Positions 1-20,800 of a stretch of 64,000 nt of DNA are shown in pieces. Source of the DNA: Chrysomallon squamiferum (lineage: Eukaryota; Animalia; Mollusca); assembly GCA_012295275.1 (NCBI GenBank), contig CM022672.1, forward strand, positions 5,828,001 to 5,892,000. The letters run 5' to 3'. A model generated the notes under the pieces. It saw only the letters and a list, made by a program, of their open reading frames with translations, ran no database searches and was not told where the DNA came from. Numbering within the stretch: position 1 is the first letter of the stretch; each line of letters begins with the position of its first letter. Both the position numbers and the translations under genes were made by a program.

Positions 1-815
1 ACACACACACAAAATGTGATCATTCCACAAAAACACTTGGCTCTCATCATCTCCTTGCTTCTAGCTACCAAACAATTTTTCTTGATTTACCATGAAATAT
101 ATTTTTCATATATGTTATTCAATTCAGCTGTATAAATGTCAGTGACATTTAACAAAGTTAACATATAAAATATTTAATCTTGAAAATAATCATGGGAAAA
201 CAAAACATTTATTTAATTTAGGCTTTGTAGCTGTGATCACAGACATACACATAGATGTATCCAGAAAGGACAATAGATGTATTGATACAATTTCTAGACA
301 CATACTTGATTAAGTTTCAACACTGCACATACAGATAAATCAAAGAGCTAAATTAAGAATAAAAACAGGAAAGTTTGCTTCTGTACACTCTTATAAGTAA
401 TGGTTTTAAACTTTAGTGGTACAAATATCATCATTTTCCATATTATTTTCTATAAAGTGTTTTTAAACCTTCAAATTAATATCAAAAGTACCATCTATTT
501 CAACAGCAATGTTGAATGTAGTATTTAAAGAAACATAAAAACAGTCACACAGTGTTTAAGAAGCTTGTCAAATGTTATTTATGAATCTATCTGCCAAAAA
601 CAGTTATTTTTTAACAAAGTTTCTTTTTATTGGTTTGTAAAGAGCAGTCAGTTGCCACTTGTAAAATATCAGAATTAAACAAATAATCAGATTATAAAAC
701 CTTGCTCCTTTCTGAGAAGTTGATATAATCAAGTTGGTCAGCATTACAGAAGTTAGTTTACAGTTTGTGACATTTATCTCTTCCTCAGAGTTTTGAAAAT
801 TATAATAGTATTTTT

Positions 816-846
<31 letters not shown>

Positions 847-1253
847 TGAATTTTTTCTTTAAAACAGAAAATGTTTTATTTTTTATTAAGATGTAATATG
901 TCACTGTTGGTTGTATTCTGATCAACAATTCTGGCAGATAACGTCAAATTTACAGGAAAATAAAAAAAATAAAAAAGTAATAAAATAAACATATCAAAAT
1001 GTCATTTAACATAAGAAAAGATGGAGAAAGATGAAAGTGATTTTGTTTTGAAAGTTAAAAAATGAGTTATTCTGAAAAATCAAGGTCTTTATATGCCAAA
1101 TGTTTTTACTAAAATTACAGGTTGTAAAAGTTTTGAATTTTCTCTTTTATAGCTATTACAACAACAGCAGTAACAGTAATAAATAACTTTAAAAATCACA
1201 AAAAAAACAATAAAATAATAATGAAAATAAATCATTTTTGAAATTTATTTTAC

Positions 1254-8739
<7,486 letters not shown>

Positions 8740-9123
8740 TTTTCTAAATTTTAGCAACAATTAGTAGACAAAAAAAAAATCGTTTGAACATGAATCATTG
8801 ACTGATCCTTAGCATGTCTATATAAATATACGAAATACTTATTTTGTCGTAACAGTTTCAAAAATTAGTGTTGTGCAGATGGCTAATGGCTAAAAAATTA
8901 ATATAGCAGGAACAAAATTATATTTGTGAAAATGGCGTATTCCCAAATGTAAATTAAAAACATTTATAAATAATGTACCAGGATGTTTAATTTTAAACTG
9001 CAATCACTTCTTGTTAGTAACGTTTGTTATTCGATTTTTAGACGTTCCCAAGATCATGCTGACGTTAAATCCAGATTTTAGATGGTATCTTCAGTTGTAA
9101 AACTTTACAAATAATGAAAAATA
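8740..9123. promoter_or_regulatory. Bidirectional promoter region between the DNAAF9 and TRF start codons, with an RFX X-box-like half-site TAGCAAC at 8752-8758
   Basis: Divergent ATGs 384 bp apart, with local CpG enrichment relative to the introns. Confidence 0.6.
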
Positions 9124-9534
9124 ATGGCTAGTTGCAGTCAATATTCTCTTTCGGAGTTGGAAAAAGATTCGTATGGGTATATGCTGGAACTGATATGTTG
9201 GCTGGAGTGGCAGGAATTTAAACAAACGCACCAGGTGTCATCTCGAGATTCTATTCAAGGTATCTTTTATTTTTGTCTAGAATTATAGAATATAACCTAT
9301 AATAATAATAATAATAAGAAGTTAAGTAAGCTGTAACGTATGTTGCATACACCAGTGAATTATATTTATGATACTACTTTTACTGTTACTAGTACTACTA
9401 CTAGTAACTATAGTAATTAGTTTATTTTATAAATCATTACATGGTATTACTATAAGTGCTTGTGTAATTAAATTAGTGGTATGGAATAGGAGTGGAGTGT
9501 CAATATTATTATTATTTATATTACATTTTTATTA

Positions 9535-9589
<55 letters not shown>

Positions 9590-12044
9590 AAAATATGGAA
9601 AGAGTGCAATCGTTTCCCCATCTACTCGCTTGCTTTTTATGCATACCATATTATATCCTCCGACGCCAATTTTTGGCGGGAAAGATCGTACGAGGTCGTG
9701 ATTTATTTATTTATATCCGCGTTGTTGTTGTTGTTGTTTACCCTCCATATTCCTTTTAATTTTTTAATTTTCTTTTCTTCTTCTTTAAACCAGTTTTAAC
9801 GGATAATCCTAGAGATATGGTTTATAAATTCAGTTTTAAATAAAATCTTTTTTTGTTGAATACTTCATTGTAGCATTCGCTGCATTGTGAGTTGACTTCC
9901 TTGAATTAACAACCTCACAAAAACATGATGGTTCATGGAAATTATTTCATGGAATTAAAGTAGTTCAGATCTCAGTGTAAGTGACAACATAACAAAATAA
10001 ATAAATTATAAATCATATATATATCTGAATGACCTGTATATCGTTAGTTAGGCCTTGACTATAACTTTTTTCATTGATAGCCCTCTGTAAATGTTGGTAG
10101 TCTCATCAGATTTTTTAAAATAAGACAATAAAAGAAAATTAAAATCACACACACACACATACATAACCTCCCAACCCCCCACTCTTATCATGAGTACTCC
10201 ATTTGAATTTTAACAAAATATATATATGAACAATATACATTTAAAAGAACATGCAAAGAATAGATGTCAATTTATTGATAAAACTTTTTAAAAGTAACCA
10301 GTATTTATTCATCTTATAGGTCCTCCTGATCTTAAAATCTTTCATGATGTTTAGATTACACTGCCAAATGTAATTGATGAATGGACTGCCATGTTTGGTA
10401 ATAACATGAATTGAGAAAATTTAACTTTTTAGTGTTCTTTTTATTTAACATTTATAGCATTTCTACTGAATTTTTTGTTTCCAGTTTTGTTTGTTTTGTT
10501 AACTCAACTGCAACGCTCTTTGCTTTTTCAGTGTTTGTTTATTAAAGGTTTTACATAAAACATAAAATGATCAAACTGTAATTTCTTACATGAGAAAGAG
10601 TGTTTTTTTCTTCATCACCTCCTTTTCCCAGGACAGCGTGGAATCTCTGTTTAGATTTTTTCACAGCTATTTCTTGTTTCTCTTGTTTCCATTTCACTCA
10701 CTTTGCTTTTAAATAACGGTCAAATACTTGGCTATGGCGTAACATCATCAGAATGAGCATTAGCCAACCAAATACTGTTTTTTTAAAAAATGTGTAATTC
10801 TAATCCCCAAAATACAGGCTTTACAAATTGTTTCATGTAGATCTAAACCAATATTTTTAGCTCATTTTTCATTTGAATCAGATTGTTTTGAAAAATACAA
10901 AAAAATCCCCACCAAAAACAAGTATACTCTTTTAATTCAGTAGTCATATTAGACCATAGAATAGTTAAAATTGTTATGGTAACTTGTATCAAGACATACG
11001 TATGGAAATTATGTAATCACTGGACATAGTGAAGAAAAAAGTCATAGTCCAGTTGACTACTGGGTTTAGATATAGGTAACCAAAACACTCTGGACTAAGG
11101 TCAAGCCCTATTAGTCACAGATAATCCATTCCTTCCTGTAAATCTTCATATGAAAATATCAAAAGACTCCCCAGTCTTATTAATATACTTTGTGGAGTTT
11201 AATTACCTGAAAAACCTAAAGCAAAATTGAGTATTATGTAATAAAAACATATATGTTTATATATGCATGATGTATGTTTGCAGTCAGCAGAGAATGGGTA
11301 TATTGTTCATAATTTTAAAACTAAAATGCCAAGTGTTAACAGTTAAGTGAGATTTATATTAATTATGAAAATAACATTGAAACATTTTCATTTTCACTAG
11401 GTATATTGTGTCGTAACATAGAGAAAACTCCCTATCAAGCCTGTCGTTTGCAGCTGCTGCTGATTATGTGTAAGCTAGTAGATGGTGAGGATTATTATAT
11501 TCGGTACTCTGAAGACAGTATTATCACAGTGCTGGAAGGTGTTGCCCTGTCGTTTGATGCCATTTTACAGTATATGCATGACTACCCACACATACTGAAG
11601 GCATCTGAAGAATACAGGCTACAGATTCTCAAACAGGTAATGACATCTGTGTCATTTATTTTTTTCCAATTATATTATATATATCATTTAACTGTAACAG
11701 TTTACAAATTAATATATGCATATTTCAATATTTGTTTATCAAATCTCTGATGAATAAGAAATCATCTCATTATTCTCGAATGTAATGGATTAGCAACATG
11801 GGCTTTTTCATGTACACTTTTCCCTAAGAAGGTAACCTTTAATCAAATATATGGCTTTGACTGGAAATGATTCTTAACTCTCTGTTATATCTGTTATTTC
11901 CATGAATGGAAAAGGAAAGTTCTATCCAAATAGACTGAACTGGCAAACCATCATGTCTCAGACAGTTGCTTTCTCCACTTAGTAACTTAGCTGCAACATA
12001 TTTGTCTCATAAAATAATTAATACATTTTAACTAATTTTGAAGC

Positions 12045-12098
<54 letters not shown>

Positions 12099-15000
12099 TT
12101 AATGTTGTTATTATTATTATTATTATTATTATGAATGACATACATTTCAGGCTGTTTTTGTTTGTTGTAAAGCTGGGGATTTTGATGCAGCTAATGAAGT
12201 TTATCAAAGACAGTGGTTAAATGTTCCAGAATCAGCATTGGTAACTACGCAACATTTTCACATTTCTTTTTTTATTTTAATATAGGAGTATATTTTTAAG
12301 AAAAAAATAGACAACACATATATATATATATATGTAATAAAAATTAAAAAACAAAATAACATTGGTTTATATCACATAATATTTTACATTATTTTTCTGT
12401 CTCTTGATTGTACTTGTGTTACTTAATCAGATGATAAAATACTTTGCATTTTCTATTTACCTATTTGTACAGACATTCATACTTTGTTATATCTTTTTTA
12501 GGATATTCACAAGGAAGTGCTGGACGTTATTAAGTCCGAAGATAAAAATCACAAACTTCTTATAGACACAAACAACAGCTATGACAAGTTTTTGTGTAAA
12601 CTTGTTTTATTTCTTGATAAAATATTTCAGTGCTTACCTGAGCCTTTTTTCCTCCAGGTTTGTTTAGTAATAACTTATTTATGTATACCAGAGATTCTTG
12701 TTTATATCTTCTTCTGTTGCCAAAATTTCAGGTATATAACTAAAAATCATAAATAATAAAGAAGGAAAAAGTCCTTACATAGTTATTATGAAATGTGACA
12801 GAGGGAAAATTAAATTTTCAAATGCATGGTTATATCATGTATGTATGTTTGTTTATCTATATTATTATATATTAGAATGTCTTTACATTTTTAATACATT
12901 TTGCAGGTACTAATATCCAAACATGAAAAACGTCATCTTTTAGAAATTGGCGAGACGACAGTTATCAATAACCCATTCAATAAAATCTCAGATCATTTTG
13001 GACATATTCACAAAATGTGGATGACCATTCCCACCACCTTGACAGCCAAACTTAATAATATAAGAAAAGAAGTATGTACCTTTTTGTACCTGGTGATATC
13101 ATTATATTACAGACAGGATGTTAACTTCAGAATGACCTGAAATAAATACATTATACCATTTTTAATATTTTCAAAATATCTCAGACAAGTGATTATTTTT
13201 TCAAAATTTGTCTTACATTGATTTACCTCGATTAATTCTTTTTTTTGTTATTAAATTTTTTTATTATTTGCCTGTTTTAATTTTGTTTTGGGAACTTTAC
13301 AGGATGATCATAAGTAATATATTGAGTAAATATGTCCAATACAGAAGGTTTAAAAACAATTTTGACTTCAATCTCATTAAAAAGCCCAGAGATCTGGTTA
13401 GTAATATGAATCACGTCATTGTTTTCAGACATTGAAAGATGTTGCAGTTGAAATGGATACATCAGGAAGAAAAGTAAGGGATAAAAGAAATTTATCTTGG
13501 AATAAAGAAATAAACAACAATGGTATGAATTAAAGAATCAGTAGTGAACAAATAAAAGAACGTTTTTTATTTTAAGTGTCATGAAATATATATAATATAA
13601 ACAAAATGGCAAACAAACATCCTATAGTGATTGCTCTAAAAAAAGTAACATGATTATTTATTTGTCTGTAATTTATGCTGTTATTAACAGACCAAAGAAT
13701 TCAATTGCCAATCATTGTTATATGAGGGGGTGTTGATAAACAATCATTCATTCATTCACTTCACCTCAAAAAAACAACAACCATTAAACAATAGTTTGAA
13801 CGTTTTGATATTAATGTTTATTAGGAATAAGGCATACATTGTGTTATGTTTGCCAGATAATGCAAAATTTAGTATACTTTTCAAACCAAATATTTACAGT
13901 ATTTAAAGACTTGTAATTTATTCTGCATTTCAGAACATCAGAATGATGTATCATATAATGACAAAGTCAACAAAAGCAGGTACCTTTCTAAAAATGTTTT
14001 TAAATTGAATTTTAGAAGATTATTTGCATTTAGATATATCAATATACATCGATCACTTAGAAGTGTATCATTAAATTTCATTAAAAAAGGGATTTACTCT
14101 TACAGTTAGACATTATCACAAACACTTTATTTTTCAAGATAGAAAATTTAGAAATTCATATTTATTTTTGGATTTCAAATATATCTTCCCTTAATACTTC
14201 CCATGGATACTTAGTAAGCTCGAATTTAAGAATTAACACTGGTAATTATGTTTATAGATTTATGAAACTTGGTAGTAAAGTGAATGTGATTAGACATATT
14301 AATGATATTAGGATATGACTAGACATCTTGAAAGATTACTAACTGTACACGTTGGTAAAATTGGTTGATTATGTTGATTTCTGCAAATGTTTTAAGTAAT
14401 GATATTACTTTCGTAAGATTACACTATTACTGCTCATTGTTAAATTTATAATGTATTGAGGTGGTAGAGGCTATATAAAATGTTAAACGTTTTTCCTTGG
14501 AGATCTGAAAAGCAGTCAAGGAAAAGAACTGCATCTGATGTTTTAAGTATGGCTCACAAGGACAGAAAAAAACTGAAAGAGGCTACAGATCAGTATGGGT
14601 ATGATTGCAATACTGTTACCAGATTGTAGTAGCTTTAATTGTTTAGTTACGAAACACAGCCAACATGAATTAACTTCATTCTGACAATCTATAAGATGTG
14701 AAACATAGCTTAATAATTTACAAAAGTGAATTATCTTTACCTTTAAAGGTTTTATACCGACACACTTTGTTTTAACAAATTATATTTATGAATCAATAAA
14801 TTCTGTCAAGTGTCTTTGCACATTATCATTCGACAATAAGACAAAATTAGTTTTGGTGTCTCTTCCAGGAAACATTTTCCTCTGTCACGAAGGTACAATT
14901 CTGATGAAGATGATGATGAAGACGATGATGAAAGGTATACGTTTTAAACCTGTGGAAGGTTTATGTTACCCGGTGGTGGATTAAAAACCACCAAGTGGGA

Positions 15001-16109
15001 TTTAAAACCATATTAGTTTATTTCTACAAAGATTCAATAAACTGTACGAATAGCAACTAATACTTGAGTTAATAGTAAGGGGATATTGAGATATCTAATG
15101 TAGAAAATTTAGATAAATACCAGTACTTAACACATACAAAATCAGTTCTTTAATTACATTTGATTACATTTACATTATCATGCTAATAAATGAACATTGC
15201 AGCAATATTTTATAAATATAATTATATTATTGAAATATGGACAGAATTATTTATTTAAATAAAGGGATTCTGTGATTATTTTCATCTTCATTTTAACACA
15301 AGGGCCTTTTAATTTAATGTATTTTTAGCTCTGAAAAGGAAACCACTGCACCACCAATTAAGAAAAATCTTCATAGATTCCAATACAATAAAAACAGAAA
15401 CCGTCATGATTGCCTGGATGATAATTCACAGTCTCTGATTTCAGATAGTGATATTGGTATGTACTTGAAGACAGTGTTATATTTTAAGTATTTATAAAGT
15501 GCATCAGAATATAATAATTAAGCAGATGATACAGTGATTATTGCCTTTGGAAAACAGTTTTTGTTTACTGATGAAAATAATTAACAGTTTTAATTATGTT
15601 CCCCAGTTATTTCTGTTCAGCCAGTTTTCATAATTAACAACTGATCACAGTTCCCAAATTATGCATACCAACACATATTTCATTAATGAAAATACCCTTA
15701 TTGTGTAATGAAATTAAATTTATTTTGTAATAAAAACAACATGTATGCATGATTTTAACAGTTGGTTTGTTGTTCTTTTCATTTCTTTGCAGAAGAATTG
15801 AACAGACCTCCACATTTGAAAAGAATACAACACCAACATAGAGTATGTGAAGGCCTAAGATATACAAAACAAGTTCCACAGACAAGCTTGAGGAGTTTAC
15901 GAAATTTATGGACAGAAGAAGAAGAAGAGGAATTTTACTTAAAAGTTCAAGAATATGGAATAGGAAATTGGTCAGCAATATGCAATGCCATGAAAACTAG
16001 GCGTACAAATGTCAACTTGAAAGACAAATGGAGGCAATTAAAAAAAAGTGAACGAATGAAATATCTAATAAAGAAATATGGTCATATCTCAAAAATAATT
16101 AGGAAATGA
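9124..16109 (+). CDS. TERF: Telomeric repeat-binding factor (TRF1/TRF2-like): N-terminal TRFH domain and C-terminal telobox Myb domain, ~509 aa
   Basis: Exons 9124-9259, 11401-11636, 12151-12240, 12502-12657, 12907-13071, 13429-13522, 13934-13979, 14503-14598, 14869-14934, 15329-15456, 15793-16109 join in frame (the linker exons are less certain). TRFH-like motifs: GYMLELIC, ITVLEG, LKQAVFVCCKAGDFDAANEVYQR, NSYDKFL. Telobox Myb: WTEEEEEEFYLKVQEYGIGNWSAI..RTNVNLKDKWRQL. Confidence 0.88.
9537..9586. repeat. (TA)n microsatellite
   Basis: Directly visible. Confidence 0.95.
12045..12131. repeat. (AAT)n followed by (ATT)n inverted microsatellite pair
   Basis: Directly visible; ends ~20 nt before the TRF exon 3 acceptor at 12150. 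Confidence 0.9.
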
Positions 16110-16979
16110 TAAGAAAATTCTTTTATTATAGTCATAAAAGATTCACTGAACTGGATTTTCTAACATGAAGGCAGAGTTAAAAAAAAAAAAAAAAAAATGT
16201 ATAAATAAAAAAAATTCAGAATCGACAAAGAAATACATGTGAACATTCCTTGATTCAAAGTAACAGGATTGATTAGTTTTGTTTAGTTATAATTTTATAA
16301 ATAACATTCTAGTATAAATACAGATTCTGAAACTTACAGAATCACATTTTATAAAGAAATGTTCAGAACACAACCAACTACTTGTACAATAAATATTTTT
16401 TTTTATTTTGTTGTTTTTTATTTTTTAAATAAATCTGTTCTTTTAGTAACTATATGTATGCCTTTTCATAAAGTTAAAATATATATATATATATATATTA
16501 TGTATGAATGTATGCCTTCCATCTAAAGGTAGATATGATTCCAGAGTAACCATCTAGCTCATAATCCAAAACAGTCATTAAAGAACTAGGTAATTAAGTT
16601 AGCTGATGGTCAGTTTTAATTCATAAAGTTACGGCTATCACCCACATTTTATTTAAAACCATTATTCCTCTACTCAGTTTTTCTGCTGTCATCAGTATCT
16701 TAGAGAAATGTAAATTTTATTCTTAGTACATGCATCTCAAAAATAGATAACAGCCATGTTTGATCGTGTATTCAGGATGTTGCCTTAAGAAATGGTGGTG
16801 GGAGATTATAATAAAACATTAAGTTTGAACTGGTAAACCAAATGTAGTCAACAGTGACGACATGATAACTGAAGCATCCAGCTGAGCATAGATTATTTAT
16901 TTGTTTTTTGTTTGAACTAGTTGGGGAAAAAACATTAAAAAAAAAAAATAATAATAACAAAAATGAAAACGCAAAAAAA

Positions 16980-17760
16980 AATAATGTAATGACGAGGTCT
17001 AGTACTAAATTGCTAGATTACTATAAAAACAATAAAAGCTATAAATATTTACACGGTCTTGTTATTGATAATTTTGGTTTTCGAAGTTAGGTTGTAAGGT
17101 CAGACGTATTTCTGTACTACAATGCACTTCAATCGAACACTGCACTGGCGTTTAATATTGAGAAAAAGCTTAGTTCAATATCCGATCCAATTTCGGTTGA
17201 TTCGAATGCGTTCTTGCTTAGTCTCGATTTCTACAAATGCATACAACCATTTTCATCGAGACAGAATTTACCGACGATAACCACCGAATCGAGCACTTGA
17301 AATACGAAGATTTCCGTGTTGTTTGTCCAAGACGTTTATTTTACTTAGAAGGTGCTCTTTTTAAATGTTTAAGTCATGAAGTTAGTTGCATAAAAATTAT
17401 CACGAATATATCCATTTTCCAAAGTGGTTGTAAAAGATTCAGTTTATAAGGTCACGAGAATAGATATAATTATGTTTATGTCTCATGGCTAACCTTGGTA
17501 ATCATTACGGTATTAACTAATTAATATCTTGACTGTGCACGTAAATTCTTGTAATAAACTATTATAAAGAAAGGAAATAAGAACCGCTGCGTGATACGCA
17601 CGCGCACCATACTGTTAAGCCGATTGATTTGGCATTCTGAGATTAGGACTATAGGCTTTATAAATTATATCAAATAAAAGAGATTATGACGGTTGAAAAG
17701 AATCGGATATAAATGACAACTCGGTCAGTACATGTAAAAGACTAACATTTTGAACAGGTG
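16980..17760 (+). promoter_or_regulatory. CpG-enriched promoter/5' leader upstream of the mannosidase gene; candidate acceptor ttttgaacag ending at 17758
   Basis: Many CG dinucleotides relative to the flanks; NRF1-like ACGCACGCGCAC at 17596-17607. Confidence 0.45.
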
Positions 17761-17805
17761 TAGTGATGACATGTTCATGTTTATGTGCATGCAGCACCAA
17801 CAGTG

Positions 17806-20800
17806 ATGGGATTTAGAAGAAAGTCGATAATTGTTTGTTTTATAGCATGTTTAATTTTGAATGTCTTCTTGTGTTTATGGGTGTATTTAATAGCTGAAAG
17901 CCAGTTAGAAGCCACAGTGATAATTCAGCATGAAACTCATGTCGCAAAGTCGTGGGGATTTGGATTCATCAAGGAAAGCTGTCAGCTTTACCATGTCCCA
18001 AGATACAATGACCAATCAGAACAGAGAATTATGGAAAACCGTACTGAAATGGAGTTTTTTGAACCTGGAGAAGGTACTTGTAGTATTCAGTTGGCAGCAG
18101 AAATGCATCATGTTGATATACAGATGGAGAAGGAGTGGGACAAAATACACACTGGCTATCCACAGTATGTGTACACTGTCAGTGGTTGGAAGCAGGTGAT
18201 AGATATCCCATCATACAAAGTCAAAGGCCATGACAGACCTCTCCAGGTTATCATTGTTCCTCACTCACACCAAGACCCAGGCTGGCTGCATACTTCTGAC
18301 AGCTATTTCACAACATACACCAGAGAAACTCTGTCACTGGCTGTCTCTAAACTTAAAAGTCATCCACACTGGAAGTTCATCTGGGCTGAAGTCTTATTTC
18401 TGGCTCGATGGTGGAAACAGGCATCTTCTAAAGAGAAGGACAATCTTAAGACTTTAGTGAACAATGGTCAGTTTGAAGTTGTTACAGGAGGATGGGTGGT
18501 TTCAGATGAGGCCACTGAGCACTATGAGTCCATGCTTGGCCAGCTTATTGAGGGACATCAGTGGCTGCTGAAGACTCTTGGGAGAGTTCCTACTAATGCT
18601 TGGTCTATTGATGAGTTTGGTTACTCTCCAACAATGCCTTACATGTTGAAGAGATCAGGATTGGAAAATATTGTCATTCAAAGAGTCCACTACTCTGTTA
18701 AAAAGCACCTTGCTTCATCACTGAATCTTGAATTCTACTGGAAACAGGTTTGGGATGGCAAAAACAAAACAGATATTTTTACCCACATGATGCCTTTTCT
18801 GTCATATAACATCCCATCTTCTTGTGGTCCAGATCTTTTTATTTGTTGTCAGTTTGATTTTTCCAGAAAAAAATGCACATTGGGTCAGAAAAAGATTCCT
18901 CTTGCTACAGTCACAAAGGAAAATGTTGCATCTTTGTCCAGGAAACTCTGGGAGCAATTTCAGAAGAAAGCCCAGTTGTTCAGAAGTAATGTTCTTTTGG
19001 TTCCACATGGAGATGATTTTAGATATTCTGACAGTTCTGAATGGGACAACCAGTTGGGTAACATGGAAAAATTGATGACATACATGAATGAAGCTAAAAC
19101 TATGCATATCATTGTTAAGTTTGGAACTTTATCCGATTATTTTGATGCTTTGAAAAATGATAAACAGCACATATCAGAAGATTTACGAAGGTTTCCATCT
19201 CTTAGTGGTGATTTTTTCCCATACAATGACCGTGATGACCAATACTGGACAGGATACTTTACAAGTAGGCCTTTCTTGAAGCATATAGCAAGGATTCTAC
19301 AATCTCGGTTAAGATTAGCAGAAATTTTATATTCTCTTAGTCTTGTTGAAGCTCTCAGAACTAGATCAAACTGGTTTAGTTTTCTAGAAAATAAATATGA
19401 AAATCTTGTATCTGACAGACAAGCTCTTGCTTTATTTCAGCATCATGATGCAATAACTGGTACATCAAAGGCTTCAGTTGTGAAAAACTATGCAAGCATT
19501 CTGCATACAGCTTTAAAAGATATTAACTCTTTGTTAGCTGCTGTTATTACTTTCTTTATGCTAAAGTCATCTTCACAAACAGCTGGTGAGTCGCTGATGA
19601 TGTTAACTGAACTGAGTTTATTTCCAAATAAACCCCCAGAGAAAATAGTTAATGATGTTACAGATAAAAAAATTGTTGTTGTCTCTAACCCTTTGACTGT
19701 TCACAGAAATGATGTCGTCAGTGTTAAAGTGTCTAATCCTTACCTCAGAGTTATAGAGAGTATCAGTGGTAAAGGAGTTCTTTATCAAATCAATCCAGTT
19801 TTTAATAGAAAAAAGGACTGGGAGCCAAACCTGTATGAAGTGTTGTTTGCAGTCAGCTTAGCTCCACTCTCTTTGAAAACATATATTTTGATGCCAGTTG
19901 TTGAAAAGACCCAGGATGTTTTCTCAAAGGTGTTGATGATTAACAAAGAGCTGATAGATGTAAATAGTATTTTCAGTATCAGTGTTGCTGGAGCTGAAGT
20001 GACCGAAACGGAGATACACAACAATTATCTAAAGGCTTCATTTTCCACTTGCACTGGGTTACTAAAGTATGTACAGAGAAAAGCAGATAAATCAAATGTT
20101 AATGTTCAAATGAAATTTGTGACTTACGGAACAGGTTCCTGGAAGAATCCTTACAAAGATAAAAGTGGGGCATATATTTTTCTTCCTGACGGACCTGCTA
20201 AAGAAACAAATCTTTTGTATCCTTCCATGTTTGTTGTTTCTGGTTCTGTGTCTTCCAGTGTATACACAGTGCTGCAAGGTGTAGTACAGAAAGTCACTTT
20301 ACACAATGTTGAAGGACCTCTGAGCAGTGCTGTTTTGGTTGATAATGATGTTGATATTGGTTCAAGTACATGGGATAACAAAGAACTTGTCATGAAATTG
20401 GAAACTGATATAAATAACAGCGATGGAACTTTCTGTGTTGATTTAAATGGTTTTCAGATGCACAGGAAGAAAAGGCGAAGCAAAATGAAAATCCAAGGAA
20501 ATTTTCATCCTTTGACTTCTTCCGCTTTTGTTGAGGATCTTGCCAGAGGGGAACGTCTGACTCTGCTTGCAGGAGAAGCTCATGGAGTAGCAAGTCTTGA
20601 TGTGGGTTGGCTTGAAGTGGTGTTAGATAGAAGACTAATGCAGGATGACTGGAGAGGTCTTGGTGAAGGTGTCAAGGATAACGAAGCAACTCCCAGTCGA
20701 TTCATAATTGTCATAGAAAACATGACGTCCTCACGACACAGCGACATTGCAGCTTGCTTTTTATCAATGCTGAGCAACATTTTGTCACAGTATTTAAATA

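Noticed and set aside
1-1253. Further DNAAF9 exons toward the window start
   Set aside because: No phase-compatible exon matching the expected next segment could be identified; treated as intron.
13691-13906. Possible extra TRF exon after ttaacag at 13690
   Set aside because: Not needed for frame, no convincing donor, and the translation looks intronic.
17237-17449. 70-aa ATG ORF in the CpG-rich region upstream of the mannosidase
   Set aside because: No recognisable homology; not called as a gene. It may be a uORF, chance, or part of an unresolved first exon.
17785-17805. ORF-track start of the mannosidase at 17785
   Set aside because: This is a GTG. The first ATG at 17806 gives a normal type II membrane N-terminus.
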